Shown in pieces: positions 33,678-44,705 of a stretch of 44,705 nt of DNA (its first letter is position 1; each line of letters starts with the position of its first letter). The stretch is from the NCBI GenBank assembly GCA_051942205.1, contig JAVECO010000024.1, positions 124,001 to 168,705 on the forward strand, written 5' to 3'. The notes beneath the pieces are model-generated. The model was given only the letters and a program-made list of their open reading frames with translations, made no database searches and was not told where the DNA came from. The position numbers were made by a program, and so were the translations under genes. This stretch comes from Coniocarpon cinnabarinum (taxonomy: Eukaryota).

Positions 33678-34279
33678 GTCTGCTATTTCGAGAGCGAATA
33701 CTCTGCTGTCGAACAGTTCAGGCGAGGGTGCTCCGCCGTCGGCGTCATTTCAGAGCAGGGTACCCATCAACTACTTGCACTTTCGTGATCCGCATGCATC
33801 GTTAGCGTATATCCAGCTCTCGCACGGGCCACATGTCACGTTCCCGCGTCACTACCTTGACTACCTACCTACTTGAACTACTCCCTCTCCACGCCACCCA
33901 GGAGAGTCCCTCCCATCTCACTTTGCCTTCATCTATTCTCCTCATACTTGTGGGCTTCTCGCTCCTTCTTTGCTACGCTTAGTCCATCACTGTGAGTTTC
34001 TCTTGGCGAGCTTCCGTCCAAACATTGTCCTTCTCCCTATCATCGATAGCCGAATTCGCTTCTCTGAGAAGTTCGGCGCCATGCACTGTCTTTCTGAGCT
34101 CTTCACCATAGGTCCTTGTGGCTACGTTATATCTACTGCAGCGAGATGCCATATCTTGCCTCTTATCTTCATCCTTCGTGTGGACACGCATACCCTCAGA
34201 CCTCCTTAGCGCGCCATGCACCTTCATGATATTTGTTGATTTATTTCACCCACCTCCTGAATCTGGCTAATACGCCACG

Positions 34280-37262
34280 ATGGCATGCAGTACTTTATCT
34301 CACGAGCCTTCATGGGACTGGAGCTACTTTCGAGCAGCTCTCCCTAATACGAGCTACAACTCTTCTTTCCAAAGTCAGGCGTCAAGCGCGCTCTACAGCG
34401 AACCACCTTTTCCCAGCCCTTCACCGGTCGAGACCGAGGCTACACAGTTCGAAGACGAATTTTTTGTAGGCAAGAGCATGGAACCTTATCCACGGCGTGA
34501 GAGATCGCCCGGAGGAATGCGTGTAGGCGCGCGGAGTGACTATGATGATTACAGAGGACGCAGATCGCCCGGTGAGTTTGATGGAAAGCAGTGATGAGAG
34601 GAAGCTCTCCGGGCATATGCATAAATTAGAGGGTTAATTTGCTGATGAATGCTTCAAGGAATACATGCCCGCAGAGTAAGTGGCCGCGCTCGGTCTCGAT
34701 CCCCTGTCCAAATAGACCGCTATCAGCCTGGTCGTGACTACGTTCCTCCTCGACGAGCCGACTATCGCCGCCGGTCTCCGCAGCGAAACGACATCGATCG
34801 GTACATGCCAGGCCAAGATTCTGGGTCTGAAGCTCCTATCATTAATCCTCTCATGGATCCGATGAAGCTTGAGAGTCAAGTGGGCTTTAGCTATTTCGCA
34901 GAATGGTGGCGAAAAGAGCAAGAGAAGAAAGATCAAAATGAACGTCAAAAGACCGGCAGGCGAGCACCGCCCCCGCGAGCCAAAAGCGATCAAGAGATGC
35001 GAGAAGAGCGCGAGAAAGAGCACGCGAAGATTCAGCTCGCGTACGATCAATATAAGGAGAAATTGGCCGTCACGACAGCCAAAGCCTTCGTGCACCAGCA
35101 TAAGGATGAGGAATGGTTCAAGGAGCGATATGACCCTGACATCCGGAGCCGATTTCGTCAGGCGCAGGCCAGTCTGCGGCGTGAAAATTTCGCGCGATGG
35201 GCTGAAGATGTTGACAATGGAGTTTTTGACGACTTCACGCTTGAGGGCATCTACAAGAATGACAGCAACGGTGCAGGTGGCGTCGTTGAGAAGGAGGAGG
35301 GTGAAACCATAGCCGTCAATGAAACTCTTGGCGTTGGCGACCTCGTACCCATGAAGGGGGGAGAGTTGCCCGATCCGCAAGTGGAACAACCGTCCTTACT
35401 TATTAAGACGATCGCACCTCATGTGGGTCGCGAGAGGATTGAAGACTTTTGTAAGGAGCATCTGGGCGAAGGCGATGGCGGATTCAAATGGCTCAGCCTC
35501 AGTGACCCGAATCCGCAGAAGAAATTTCACCGAATAGGCTGGATCATTCTGAATTCGGGGTCAGATGTTGAAGTATCTGCTGAAAATGAGCAGAACCAGG
35601 ACGCCGACCAACAAGCAATGAAAGAAGATGACGGGGATGACGAGGAGACGAAGATGGAAGAGGTCACTCGACCCTCGACGAAGATGATCCCGGCCCAAGA
35701 GAAAGCGCTGCGCGACATTAACGGGAAGATGATTGAGATCGAGGGTGCTGAGAAGGGTGGCTTCACATGTCATGTGGGCATACATACACCTCCCGGTCAA
35801 ACACGTAAGAAGGCTTTGTGGGACCTCTTTTCGGCACCTGAGAGGATTGAACGAGAGCTCCAACTTGTCGAGCGCATTGCAGCCAAATTCGAACAGGAGC
35901 TCGGTGAAGACATCAATGGTGTCAACAAGGTGGAAGAGCGTGTGGAGGAAATGCGCAGCAAAGGGCAATTGCAGCCGACCAGCAACGGGGCGGGGATCAA
36001 AACAAAAGCTGAGGACGGTGACGATGATGAAGACGAGGGCATGGTGGATGATGACGAAGGCACATGGGACGAGGACGCAGACGACGAGGATCTTCTTACG
36101 AAGAAGAAGAAATTGGACCTCCTGGTGGAATACATGCGTCGTGTGCACCATTTCTGCTTCTTCTGTGTCTTCGAGAGCGACTCCGTTCACGAAATTATGC
36201 GCAAATGTCCCGGCGGCCATTTGAGAAGGCCCCGTGCAACCCTGACTACGGCAGCAAAGTCAGTGGCGAAAGCGAGCGCATTTGGCGAGGAATTTCCGCT
36301 GAAGAAGCAGACACAGCACGATCAAGCGGCGGATGACGCCAGAGAGGAGGGCGAGTCTCCAACCGGGGAGAAACCCCAAAGATTCCAGAAGAATAATAAG
36401 ACTCATGTGCAGTTGCAGCGAGCCTACAATTGGGTCAAGACTTACGAGGACAAGCTTTTCCAAATACTTGAGCCCGAAGCTGCTGACTTGGTCAAACTGG
36501 GCGGCCGACCCTTGGATGATGCTCTCGAAGAAGAATTGAAGAAGTTCGTGAAGCAAGAGGACGAAGCTAAGTTTCGATGCAAGGTACCCGACTGCGCGAA
36601 GCTCTTCAAGGGGGAGAATTTTTGGCGCAAGCACGTCGAGAAGCGTCACGCTGAGTGGTACGAGACGCTGAGGAAAGAGGTGAGTTGTTGCAAATGTGAT
36701 GCAATGATCGTGCGTCACGACGCTAACATGACAGCAGCTCAACGAAATCAACCTCTACGTTCTGGATCCCGCGCATCTTCAGCCAGCGCGCAGCGATGCG
36801 ACGAGCAACGGCCACTTCTCGACCAACTCACACGGCCCCGGCGGGACGCCGCGAGGCTTCTCTTTGCAGAACATGGGGATGCCCATGCAAGCAGGTTTTA
36901 TGAACAGCATGTCCGCATTTGGCGGTATGCCATTGATGGGGATGTCCGGGACTGGCCTGGATGGAGGAGCGGGCCCATCACGCCGCATGGGCGGGAGATA
37001 CGCACAGCGGTCCGGTCCGTATGATCGCTCTGGCCGACTGGGAGGTGGTGGTCGCCGTCCTGGGGGAGGCAACAGAGGTGGGCCACCTCCACAGGGATTC
37101 CCAGACGCTGCGCCGCCCGGCACCACGCCTCACGAAGCGACGGTCGGCCGCAGCCTGAAATCCTACGAAGACTTGGACGCTGTCGGAGGACCGACTGGAG
37201 CAGCAACCAACAGAGGCGCGGGCGGATCGAGCGGTGCCGGGGACGCGCAATTGGACTACTAG
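34280..37262 (+). CDS. ARS2/Serrate (S. pombe Pir2-like) RNA effector; exons 34280(or 34478)-34571, 34659-36679, 36738-37262
   Basis: RS/RD-rich N-terminus. Motifs FVHQHKDEEWFKERYDP, LLIKTIAP...WLSLSDPNPQKKFHRIGW, LDLLVEYMRRVHHFCFFC, C2H2 finger CKVPDCAKLFKGENFWRKHVEKRH, YVLDP, GRSLKSYEDLDA and terminal LDY. Confidence 0.93.
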
Positions 37263-37833
37263 TGCCGAGGGAGGTGCTTGGTTTGGGTCAAGGGCGATGA
37301 GCGAGCGTGCAAGCAGCGCGGAGGACAGGCTGCGCTTGAGTGTACCATTAACTTGAATGCATGAAGGGAGAAGCACGGAATGTGCAAAAGACGTCTTTTC
37401 TCGACTCTCGCTCGAGGGTCTTCATCACCAGGTCGAACAAGAGAAGAGAGTGAAAAAGGGTGTGGAAGTCTCCATCCCACCTCCCAATGCCAAGCGTCGT
37501 CATCGTCATACGCCACGTCCTCAGTTGTTTTCCTGCATCTTGCGATCACGTCCGTTTCCCGACCTGTGGCTTCGTCCGCGCCGCAGACCACAATGAGCAT
37601 TTCTCACTATCCGCCCATGTTTTCGATCCCTCTCGACCTGCTTGTTTGTCACTCCTGCCGTCTCTTGCTCCTGCTATAATCATTGTCAAGAGTCTCGTCC
37701 GCAGTTTGACGCTCCGCGGTATTCTTGATCCGCGGCCTTTTCGGATCCGATAAAGGTCTCGACAGCTGCAAACAGTGTCTCGCGGCATCGCCTGCTTTTC
37801 GCAGACTGCGTAGAAGCCGCGAGCTGCACCGTC

Positions 37834-40830
37834 ATGGCCTCGAATGGTGCACCCGTCCCGCCGTCGCAGTCTCTCCATTCGAGCGCGGACGAGAAACTTT
37901 CTAGAGCGATGCTATCGGGCAAACAAGAGCACTGTAGGGCGTCCTGCAAACCGATTTTCGAGCCCGGGACTGACTTGAGAACAGATCTCAAGCGCGAGCT
38001 CATTTCCCGGCAGACCCAGTTTGAAATCACAGAGCTATCCTCGCCCACTGCCCTTAAACGCTTTGGTGCCCCGTTCAGCTCTGACGCCGGCGAGGTGGCA
38101 CCTGAGGACTCCGATCTACCTCTTCTGCGCTACATCTTCGTTCATCATGTGCGCAACTTTCCCTTCCTGGACAAAGCACGCGAGCAAGAGTTCTGGCAGG
38201 AGAAGTTGCAAATGGTCGGTCAGCCCCTCGGCTTCGAGCGAGCGTAGCGAGCTAAATTCATTAGTTTCTGGAATCATTTGCCAACAAGAATATTTCCTCC
38301 TCCGAAGATCGCCTTGAGGAAACAAAGCGCAAGAAGCTCGCGATCAAAGCGCAGAAGCTTGTCGAACTTATGATGGTGTCCGGCATACCCACGGCGTCTG
38401 GCTACGAAGAGCGCATACGCTTCTCGGAGATGGAAGTGGTAGATCGAGGAGCAAATGAACAAGGGCTGATCGCCAACATGCCTGAAGGTCAGCCCATCAA
38501 CGGGTTGGACGTCAACGTGGCAGGGGTGCGTACCATCAAGGTGAAGAAGCAAAAAGTGCGGAAATCATATCACGCAGAGTTCCTGATCCGGACACAAGAA
38601 AGACAGAAGCAGGAGAGGATCGTTGGGCGACGGTATGGTGATTTCGTTCGACTTCACAAGAGGCTGCGCGCAGAAATACCAGGAAAAGTCATACCGGTCT
38701 TACCAAGGAAGAACAAGTCGCACACGTCGCACATGTTTACGGGCGGAGGGGACGGAGACGATTCGGACTCATCGTCATCATCTCAGTCAACATCAACGCC
38801 CCCGCCCCGCGACAGTCTCAGTGTGGAGGATGCGGCCGGCGCAACGGGTCTCAAATCTTATATTGGCCTGGGCTCACATAAACGTAATTCTTCTGCGTCG
38901 CTGCAAAGCTCTCCTGGGGTAAGCAAAGCTTCTGCTCCAAGACCGGAGGGCGAGAAAGTGGTGCTTTATCGTGAGGAGCAAAGAGTTTCGCTCCGAGCAT
39001 TCTTGAGGACGTTGCTGCGCCAAGAGCGAATTGCCAACTCTGCTGCCCTCAAAGATTTCCTGACGCGAGATCCCATCAATCTCTCGCCAGAGGAAGCTCA
39101 AGATGTTGGAAGACGAAAGGACATGGATGCTCAGCGTGTGGAAGAACAACGCAAGTTTTACGAGGCAGCTCGCAGGCGTGCGAAAGAGCTTGACGTGCAT
39201 ATGGAAAAGTTCAGACGAGATATTGTTGAGTCAAGTGAGCGAACAGCCTTGTGCTCAGTCATGACAGAGGACTAAACAGTCGCAGATGGCCTGACCAAGC
39301 TCTTTAAGGAGATCCGGTCAAAGAACACAATTGCGGAACTGAGTCCAGAATATCAGAAGTTTGCGGAGTGGCTCAGGATAGAGTAAGTTCAAAGCTGCAT
39401 CAAGGACCAGACAATGGCTGAACAGGACTAGGATCGCGGCTACGATATACCACCTTTTCTTGGCCGAAGACAACGCCCCCGAGCTTTTTGCGCAAGCAAA
39501 GCGCATACATTCTCTTATCCCATATACGGTTCTCAAGCAAACAATTCGTTTTGCAAATCCAGCGCTTGTCATGAAAGGAGTCCTCGATCTGTTTCTCGCG
39601 CAGCCTTTCGGTTCTCACTCCTTGATGCAGCGTATATTTGGATACGCTATCCGAGATGGCATCTCTTCCTTGCAGAAAGCTATCGACTCACTGAATGCCA
39701 AGATCAAAGAGCCAAAGCTAGCACAGAAGATTGCCAATTTCACAACGTCGAGCGAAGCGGAAAAGCGTGAACTGCGCAAAGAAGCCATGGAGGAGGAACT
39801 TGAGTTACTGGTGGTCGTTCTGCGCACCGAGCGCTTAGAGCCGGATCTCGAACCGCCGGAAGTCGAGCGTGTGTTCAATGCATACGTCGCTTGGGATCAA
39901 GCTGTGGAAAACCCTGACGCTGCGCGGTCGATTGGAGATGCCGAGCTTTTCGCATCCCTCAAGCAGCTGCTCCGACTACACACCCGTCAGAGGGACAAGG
40001 CGCAAATGCTTGACATTATACAGGAGCCAGTGACGCTGCAGCTCTTTCGCGATCTCTTCACCATCTTCTATGAACCGCTTGTCCGAGTCTACAAATCGGC
40101 AAATGTTTACAACTCCGTCACCGACTTCGCATCTTTTGCTGATGATGCAATCAAGGTGGTAGATGCCGCGCAACGTCAGGCACTGGGCGCTGACCCCAAC
40201 CAAACGGTGCAAGCATTCATCGACCTTTGTGAGCGACATCAAGATGATTTCTACAAGTTTGTACACGAGGTACACATCCATGACAACGGCCTTTTCGATC
40301 AACTTATGAACTGGCTTGAAGGCATTCTAGAATTCTTACGCCGTGGGCCTGTAGGCGGTAAGCTCGACATGAACGCTCTATTTCAAGGAGCGGTTGCATC
40401 AAGAAGCATTGATAAGGCTAAAGCCATCGCTGAGATTGATGCGCTGGTCGACTGGCAGATGGCCCGCAAGGAGTGGCATCAGGACAAGACCCGTCGCAAG
40501 ATGGCCACAGGAGGTAACGATGCCAGCGGTCCCGAAGCTGGTGGTTTTAGCAGCGGGTTCGGCGGCCTGAAGAGCTCAGACTTCGGCCTCAACGAAGCTG
40601 ACATATCTGGTCTCGGACTGGACGACGAAGCGAGTGACGATGAAGACGACGACGCTGATGACAGTGATGGCGAAGATGAGGATCCGATTGCGGCCGAAAG
40701 AAGGCGACGAGGAAGAGTCGCAGAAGCCTTGAAGAGTCGAGCAGGAGAGCCCAAGAAGCCCAAAGTGGGAGAAATCAACAAAATGATGGACGGGTTTGTT
40801 AGCATGTTGCGCATGGTGTTAGCGTCGTGA
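37834..40830 (+). CDS. PX-domain protein, YPR097W-like (PX-associated N-terminus, PX, DUF3818-like C-terminus); exons 37834-37933, 37985-38214, 38265-39234, 39286-39382, 39432-40830
   Basis: Spliced LSGKQEHYLKRELI...FVHHVRNFPFL...FWQEKLQMFLESFANKNISSSEDRLEETKRKKL; PX RRYGDFVRLHKRLRAEIPGK..PVLPRK; LYREEQRVSLRAFLR; IEIAATIYHLF; MKGVLDLFLAQPFG. Confidence 0.92.
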
Positions 40831-42768
40831 CATCAAACATCAATTTATGGGTAGGATTTCCTAGTGAGTCACCACGATTACGTTATAATTTATGTGTGAG
40901 GTGCGCGCCCGCTGTAGATAGCTTTAGAGCTGTGCTGAGTTTCGAAGCTGATGCGGCCAGGCTCCTCTATGTAATTCATTATAATAGATTTGACGTTGCA
41001 ACGCTGTACTAGGGCTCTACTTTGCTGCATGCAATCGAAAAGCATATTGAAATTGCCAGCTTCTACGAGCCGTGTCTGCGAATCCGAGACTGCTCTGTGC
41101 GGTCAACGCATCTCGAATGAATCATTGCTCGAGCAGGTGCAACTGCATAAGGTCTATCCAGAATGTCATGAATTGGAACGGACTGTCACGACTCTGCTGC
41201 AGATGTTATGTGGTCCCCAAGAAGGTGTTTAAAATCTTACAAAAGCCGCAAAGATCTCGTCTTTCGCAGGCGCGTACACCAACATGGAAGAGTTCTTGGC
41301 GTTCTTGAATTAAAGGTCGAAACTGTCGAGCACATGTTGGTTGTTTTTAATTGTCTACGTGGTTAAGAGTGATGATCGGCGTAGGTAGGTTGCTGGCACA
41401 AGCTCAGAGTCAACACTGAGCGCGTCATCGCCAGGCGCACCATAAACTCGTGGTGTATTTAATTCTCTTTTGCCTTGACACGTGCAACACTCTACAAATA
41501 GAGTAGTCCTCACGAATGCGTTATGTTTCACCTGACGTCTTACCTGGTGCTCTCTGCCGTTGTAGGTCTTATATATTGAGACGCCAACACACGCGAAACT
41601 CACTCTTGATCAACTCCTGCTAAAGGTCTCCCTTAAAGAATAGCTTTGTTACGGCTGTTAATATCAATACACGAATTAGCCAAGCGATCAATAGAAAGAG
41701 AGTCCTGGACGAAAATTTACGAGAAAACCATGCTCATATTCAAAGCCGCATTTCTAGAAGTCCTTGGTCATGCCCTGATACCGAGGGATACTCGCGCTAC
41801 TGACTTGCAATCATCTCATAACGCAGATGCGACATCTGTAACATTCGGACGAGTCTCTAAAATTGCGAGATAGGACACAACTCGCTCAAACAGCCTTAGA
41901 AGGCAGGCCCTTGCATTGTCGAGTGCTCGATAAGCGTGCTAGTAGATCATTTTTGTAGCCTTATATATACTATATATAGCATAGATCTATAGCGCTTTTC
42001 TATACTATATTTATACTAATTTTAACTTACTACTACCGCCTTAGTAAGGCCGCTCTACTACTAGTAATCTTACTACTATTATTACTATTATTACTATTAT
42101 TGCTACTATTAGTACTAGTTAAAAGAAAGTATATTTAAATATATACTTTATAGTATAGTTATTATTATAAGATATATACTACTTTTTTATATACTTATTA
42201 TAACTTGTACTAATATAGATAATATATAGCTTTTAATAATACTAAATATAAAAAAAATTAAGGCTAATTTAATAATAATTTAGCTTTTTTTTAAATTAGA
42301 TTATTTTTTTATTATAAACTATATAATACTTCTTATTTTAACTATAATATATATAGTATTTTAGATAAGAATTTTTATTAAAGAATATACTTTATAAAAA
42401 TAAAAATAGATTATATATTACTATTACTAAAGTTAAAATATATACTATTTAAAAAAAATTATAAATAGTTTTTAAAAATTATATTTTATCTAATTTTTAT
42501 ATATATTATATATCTATAATATTAGTATAAGTTTAGTAAAACATTTAAAAGAAGTCTTTTTTAGATATTTACTATATTTAATAATATAGTTATATAATTA
42601 ATAAAAAGATAGTATTATATTATATAATAAAAAAAAAACCTAGATAACTATTATTAACTACTAATATATAGTTAAAAAATTATATATACTAAGTTTAAAA
42701 ATAATTAAATATAAGATTTTATAAATAGCTTTTTTTTACTTTTATTATTTAAAAAAATAACTAGTAAG

Positions 42769-43167
42769 TATTACGGCTTAGCCTTACCCTATGTCTATAT
42801 AGGCATAGCGTGAGCTAATTCGTAATAGTCGGTTAGCTAATACTATTCCCTATAAAGCCGATATATAAGACTATAGGCTTTAGTAGGAATAACTACCTAT
42901 AAAGCCTATATAGCCAACTACTAGGGAAATAGGCTTTATAGGGTATACTTATTTATATAGAATAGAATTATCTATATAGCTAGACTAATAGGCTATCTTA
43001 TAGAATAGTAGTCTACTAACTTATAGTCTAAATATAATCTACTTTATTTATACTAAGTTATAAGCTTTATACTTTACTAAAACCCCTTATTTCTAATCTA
43101 AATAAGACTTAAGAGCGAGTTATCTAGCTTTAGAACCTTTAGCTCTTTTTCTAACTATATTATAATA
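42769..43167. mobile_element. Probable RIP-degraded solo LTR (about 399 bp)
   Basis: Starts TATTACGG (TGTTACGG before RIP) and ends TTATAATA (CCGTAACA before RIP), giving TG...CA inverted termini. Flanks GTAAG/GGAAG are a 4/5 TSD match. Internal inverted repeats are present. Confidence 0.55.
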
Positions 43168-43467
43168 GGAAGCTACTAAGAGATTACTTTAACCCTATAT
43201 AACACTTTAGTAGACTCTAGAAAGAAACTAAGTTTTATTATACTTAAGATATCTAGTATATCTAGGCTAACTTTGTATCGCCTCTAGGGATAGTTTAATA
43301 CAGGAAAGTTAAGAGCAGAAATCATCAACTACACAGGGTGATCGATAGAATTGTAAAAGCTACAGAACAACTATCTACTAGAGCAAAGGCTACCTATTTG
43401 TATTTAAAGCAGGTTGTTGTACATAGCAAAGGTGTAGAGTATTGCATACTACCTATACCTCTATATT

Positions 43468-43608
43468 TGTCTTAGTATTAGGTTTTAATAATTATTAATA
43501 AACCTTATAAAAGGCGCAGCAGCGTAACTAGTTAGGTAATTATATTAATAGCTTCTAAATAGAGAAATAGTAGAGAGGATAAAGGCGCTATAAGGCAGAG
43601 CTATAATA
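43468..43608 (-). repeat. 3' LTR of the Gypsy element (about 141 bp)
   Basis: Begins TATTATAG (TGTCATAG-like before RIP) right after the PPT and ends CTAAGACA, giving inverted termini. Internal TTTATAAG TATA-like motif. The distal boundary is inferred. Confidence 0.65.
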
Positions 43609-43622
43609 CTACCCTCCTCTTT
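43609..43622 (-). other. Polypurine tract AAAGAGGAGGGTAG
   Basis: Purine run between the end of the chromodomain-coding region and the LTR start. Confidence 0.85.
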
Positions 43623-44705
43623 AAACTTAATTGTTCTTAATTAAGGAGATAATATTAGGTTAGTACTAGGTAGGTTAAGGTTTCTCTAGATATTTAGCGT
43701 AGAAACGTTCTAATTCTTTTTATATATAATTAAAGTACTTAATTAGATACTATTAGTAGTCTTCTAGATAACTAAACTATAATACTTGTACTTTAATATT
43801 ATTACTATAGAATTTTTATATATCTAAGATTTCCTATACTTGCTATTCTTGCTTACCCTTAATAATAATAGGGTCTAGCTCTTTATATTTCTGTCTATCT
43901 AAGGGTTTATTAAGATTATTTAATAGTAAGGAAGCATAAAAAATATTATAAATTTTTATAGTTAATAGTAATTCTAGCTTATATAATTGTCTATATTATT
44001 TTAGCACTTTAAATAGTCTAAAGTATTTATAATTAAGCTTCTTTAAAGGCCTCTCTATTTAGATATTCTTAGCATTTAACTAGACTTAATCCCTAGGTAC
44101 AAATTCTTTTTTAACATAATACTAGTTTACCTAGTTAATTATCTAGAACTATGCTTTTTATATAGCTTAACAAGTCTAGTCCTAAATCTTTTTAAAATAG
44201 CTAGCTACATTCTTAGCTTTAGTTGTCTAGACTCTCTAATATACTAATTAGAAAGGGTTAACTTTATCTAGTTTAACGTTTAGCTTAAAACTAGTCTATA
44301 GTAAGTACCTATAAGTAGCTTTAAAAGATAAAATACTAGTAGTTTTAGAAGAACGGTTATTTATAGAGAACTTAGTAGTAGATAACTATATTGCCTAATC
44401 GTCTTAGTAGTAGTTAATAAATATACGTAGGTAAACTTCTATTTCCTAATTTATAACTTTAGTTTAACTATTAGTCTAGGAGTAGAAAGTAGTTAATATC
44501 TTTATATCTACACTAATTTGCTTAGTTAAGTACTTCTAAACAAGGCTATTAAACTATAGATTATAATTAGAGACAAGGGAGCGAGGTAGTCTATATTTAT
44601 ACTAAATATTCTAGAACAAAAGATTTGTAATAGCTTTAGTATCTATCTCCCCTTTGCTAAAATAGCAAGGCAACAGGGTTTTAAGTTTTAATAGTCTATT
44701 AACTA

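Larger units (their letters stand above)
41940..44705. repeat. RIP-mutated AT-rich repeat block
   Basis: Abrupt drop in GC, strong TpA excess with CpA/TpG depletion, no ORFs of 60 aa or more. Stop codons fall where Gln/Trp/Arg codons are expected in the retroelement frame. Confidence 0.93.
43468..44705 (-). mobile_element. 3' part of a RIP-inactivated Ty3/Gypsy chromovirus retrotransposon (integrase core, GPY/F, chromodomain, PPT, 3' LTR); continues beyond the window
   Basis: Minus frame reads VNRLLK...YRLPRSLVSNYNL*F...LTTFYS*TNS*TKVIN*EIEVYLR, which back-mutates to VDRLSK...HGLPRSLVSDRDPQF...STAFHPQTDGQTE. Then V*LNAKNI*IERPLKKLNYKYFRLFKV (RPSKKLDHKYFGPFKV), IYNIFYASLL (IHDVFHASLL) and E*QV*EILD...*FSYLED..*YL (chromodomain). 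Confidence 0.93.

Noticed and set aside
34634..36751. Long antisense ORFs (251, 219 and 163 aa) opposite ARS2, and similar shadows over other genes
   Set aside because: Expected shadow ORFs of GC3-biased coding sequence, with no recognisable motifs.
41647..41657. TGTTACGGCT resembling the start of the 42769 LTR
   Set aside because: Similarity does not extend collinearly beyond about 10 bp and no matching terminus was found.
42071..42116. (TACTAT)n-like short repeat as a CRISPR or telomere array
   Set aside because: Degenerate microsatellite within RIPed DNA, with no spacers and no TTAGGG units.

Overview
Eukaryotic, gene-dense window from a filamentous ascomycete (short GT-AG introns with CTAAC/CTGAC branch sites; a Pezizomycotina, possibly Eurotiomycete/black-yeast, origin is inference only). 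Bases 1-40.8 kb hold about 20 genes that I spliced by hand: CGR1, YOS9, a Cys-rich orphan, a BSC6-like MFS transporter, an AlkB/ALKBH2-like dioxygenase divergently paired with an uncharacterised 'LYTDDNP...HGTGFKD' protein, a HeLo-like+TPR protein with no NOD domain, a cupin, a secreted 8-Cys protein, an SRR1-domain protein, pirin, SLA1, an ACS-family MFS transporter, a gamma-butyrobetaine dioxygenase/AIM17-like gene, a probable pseudogene, TPC1, a coiled-coil membrane protein, TspO/MBR, ARS2/Serrate and a PX-domain (YPR097W-like) gene. From about 41.9 kb the sequence switches to RIP-mutated AT-rich DNA. It contains a probable solo LTR and the 3' end (integrase core, GPY/F motif, chromodomain, polypurine tract, LTR) of a Ty3/Gypsy chromovirus. 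No established novel system can be proven from sequence alone. The best leads are the AlkB plus unknown-gene pair sharing an MCB/CRE promoter, and the NOD-less HeLo-like/TPR gene within an accessory-looking block.
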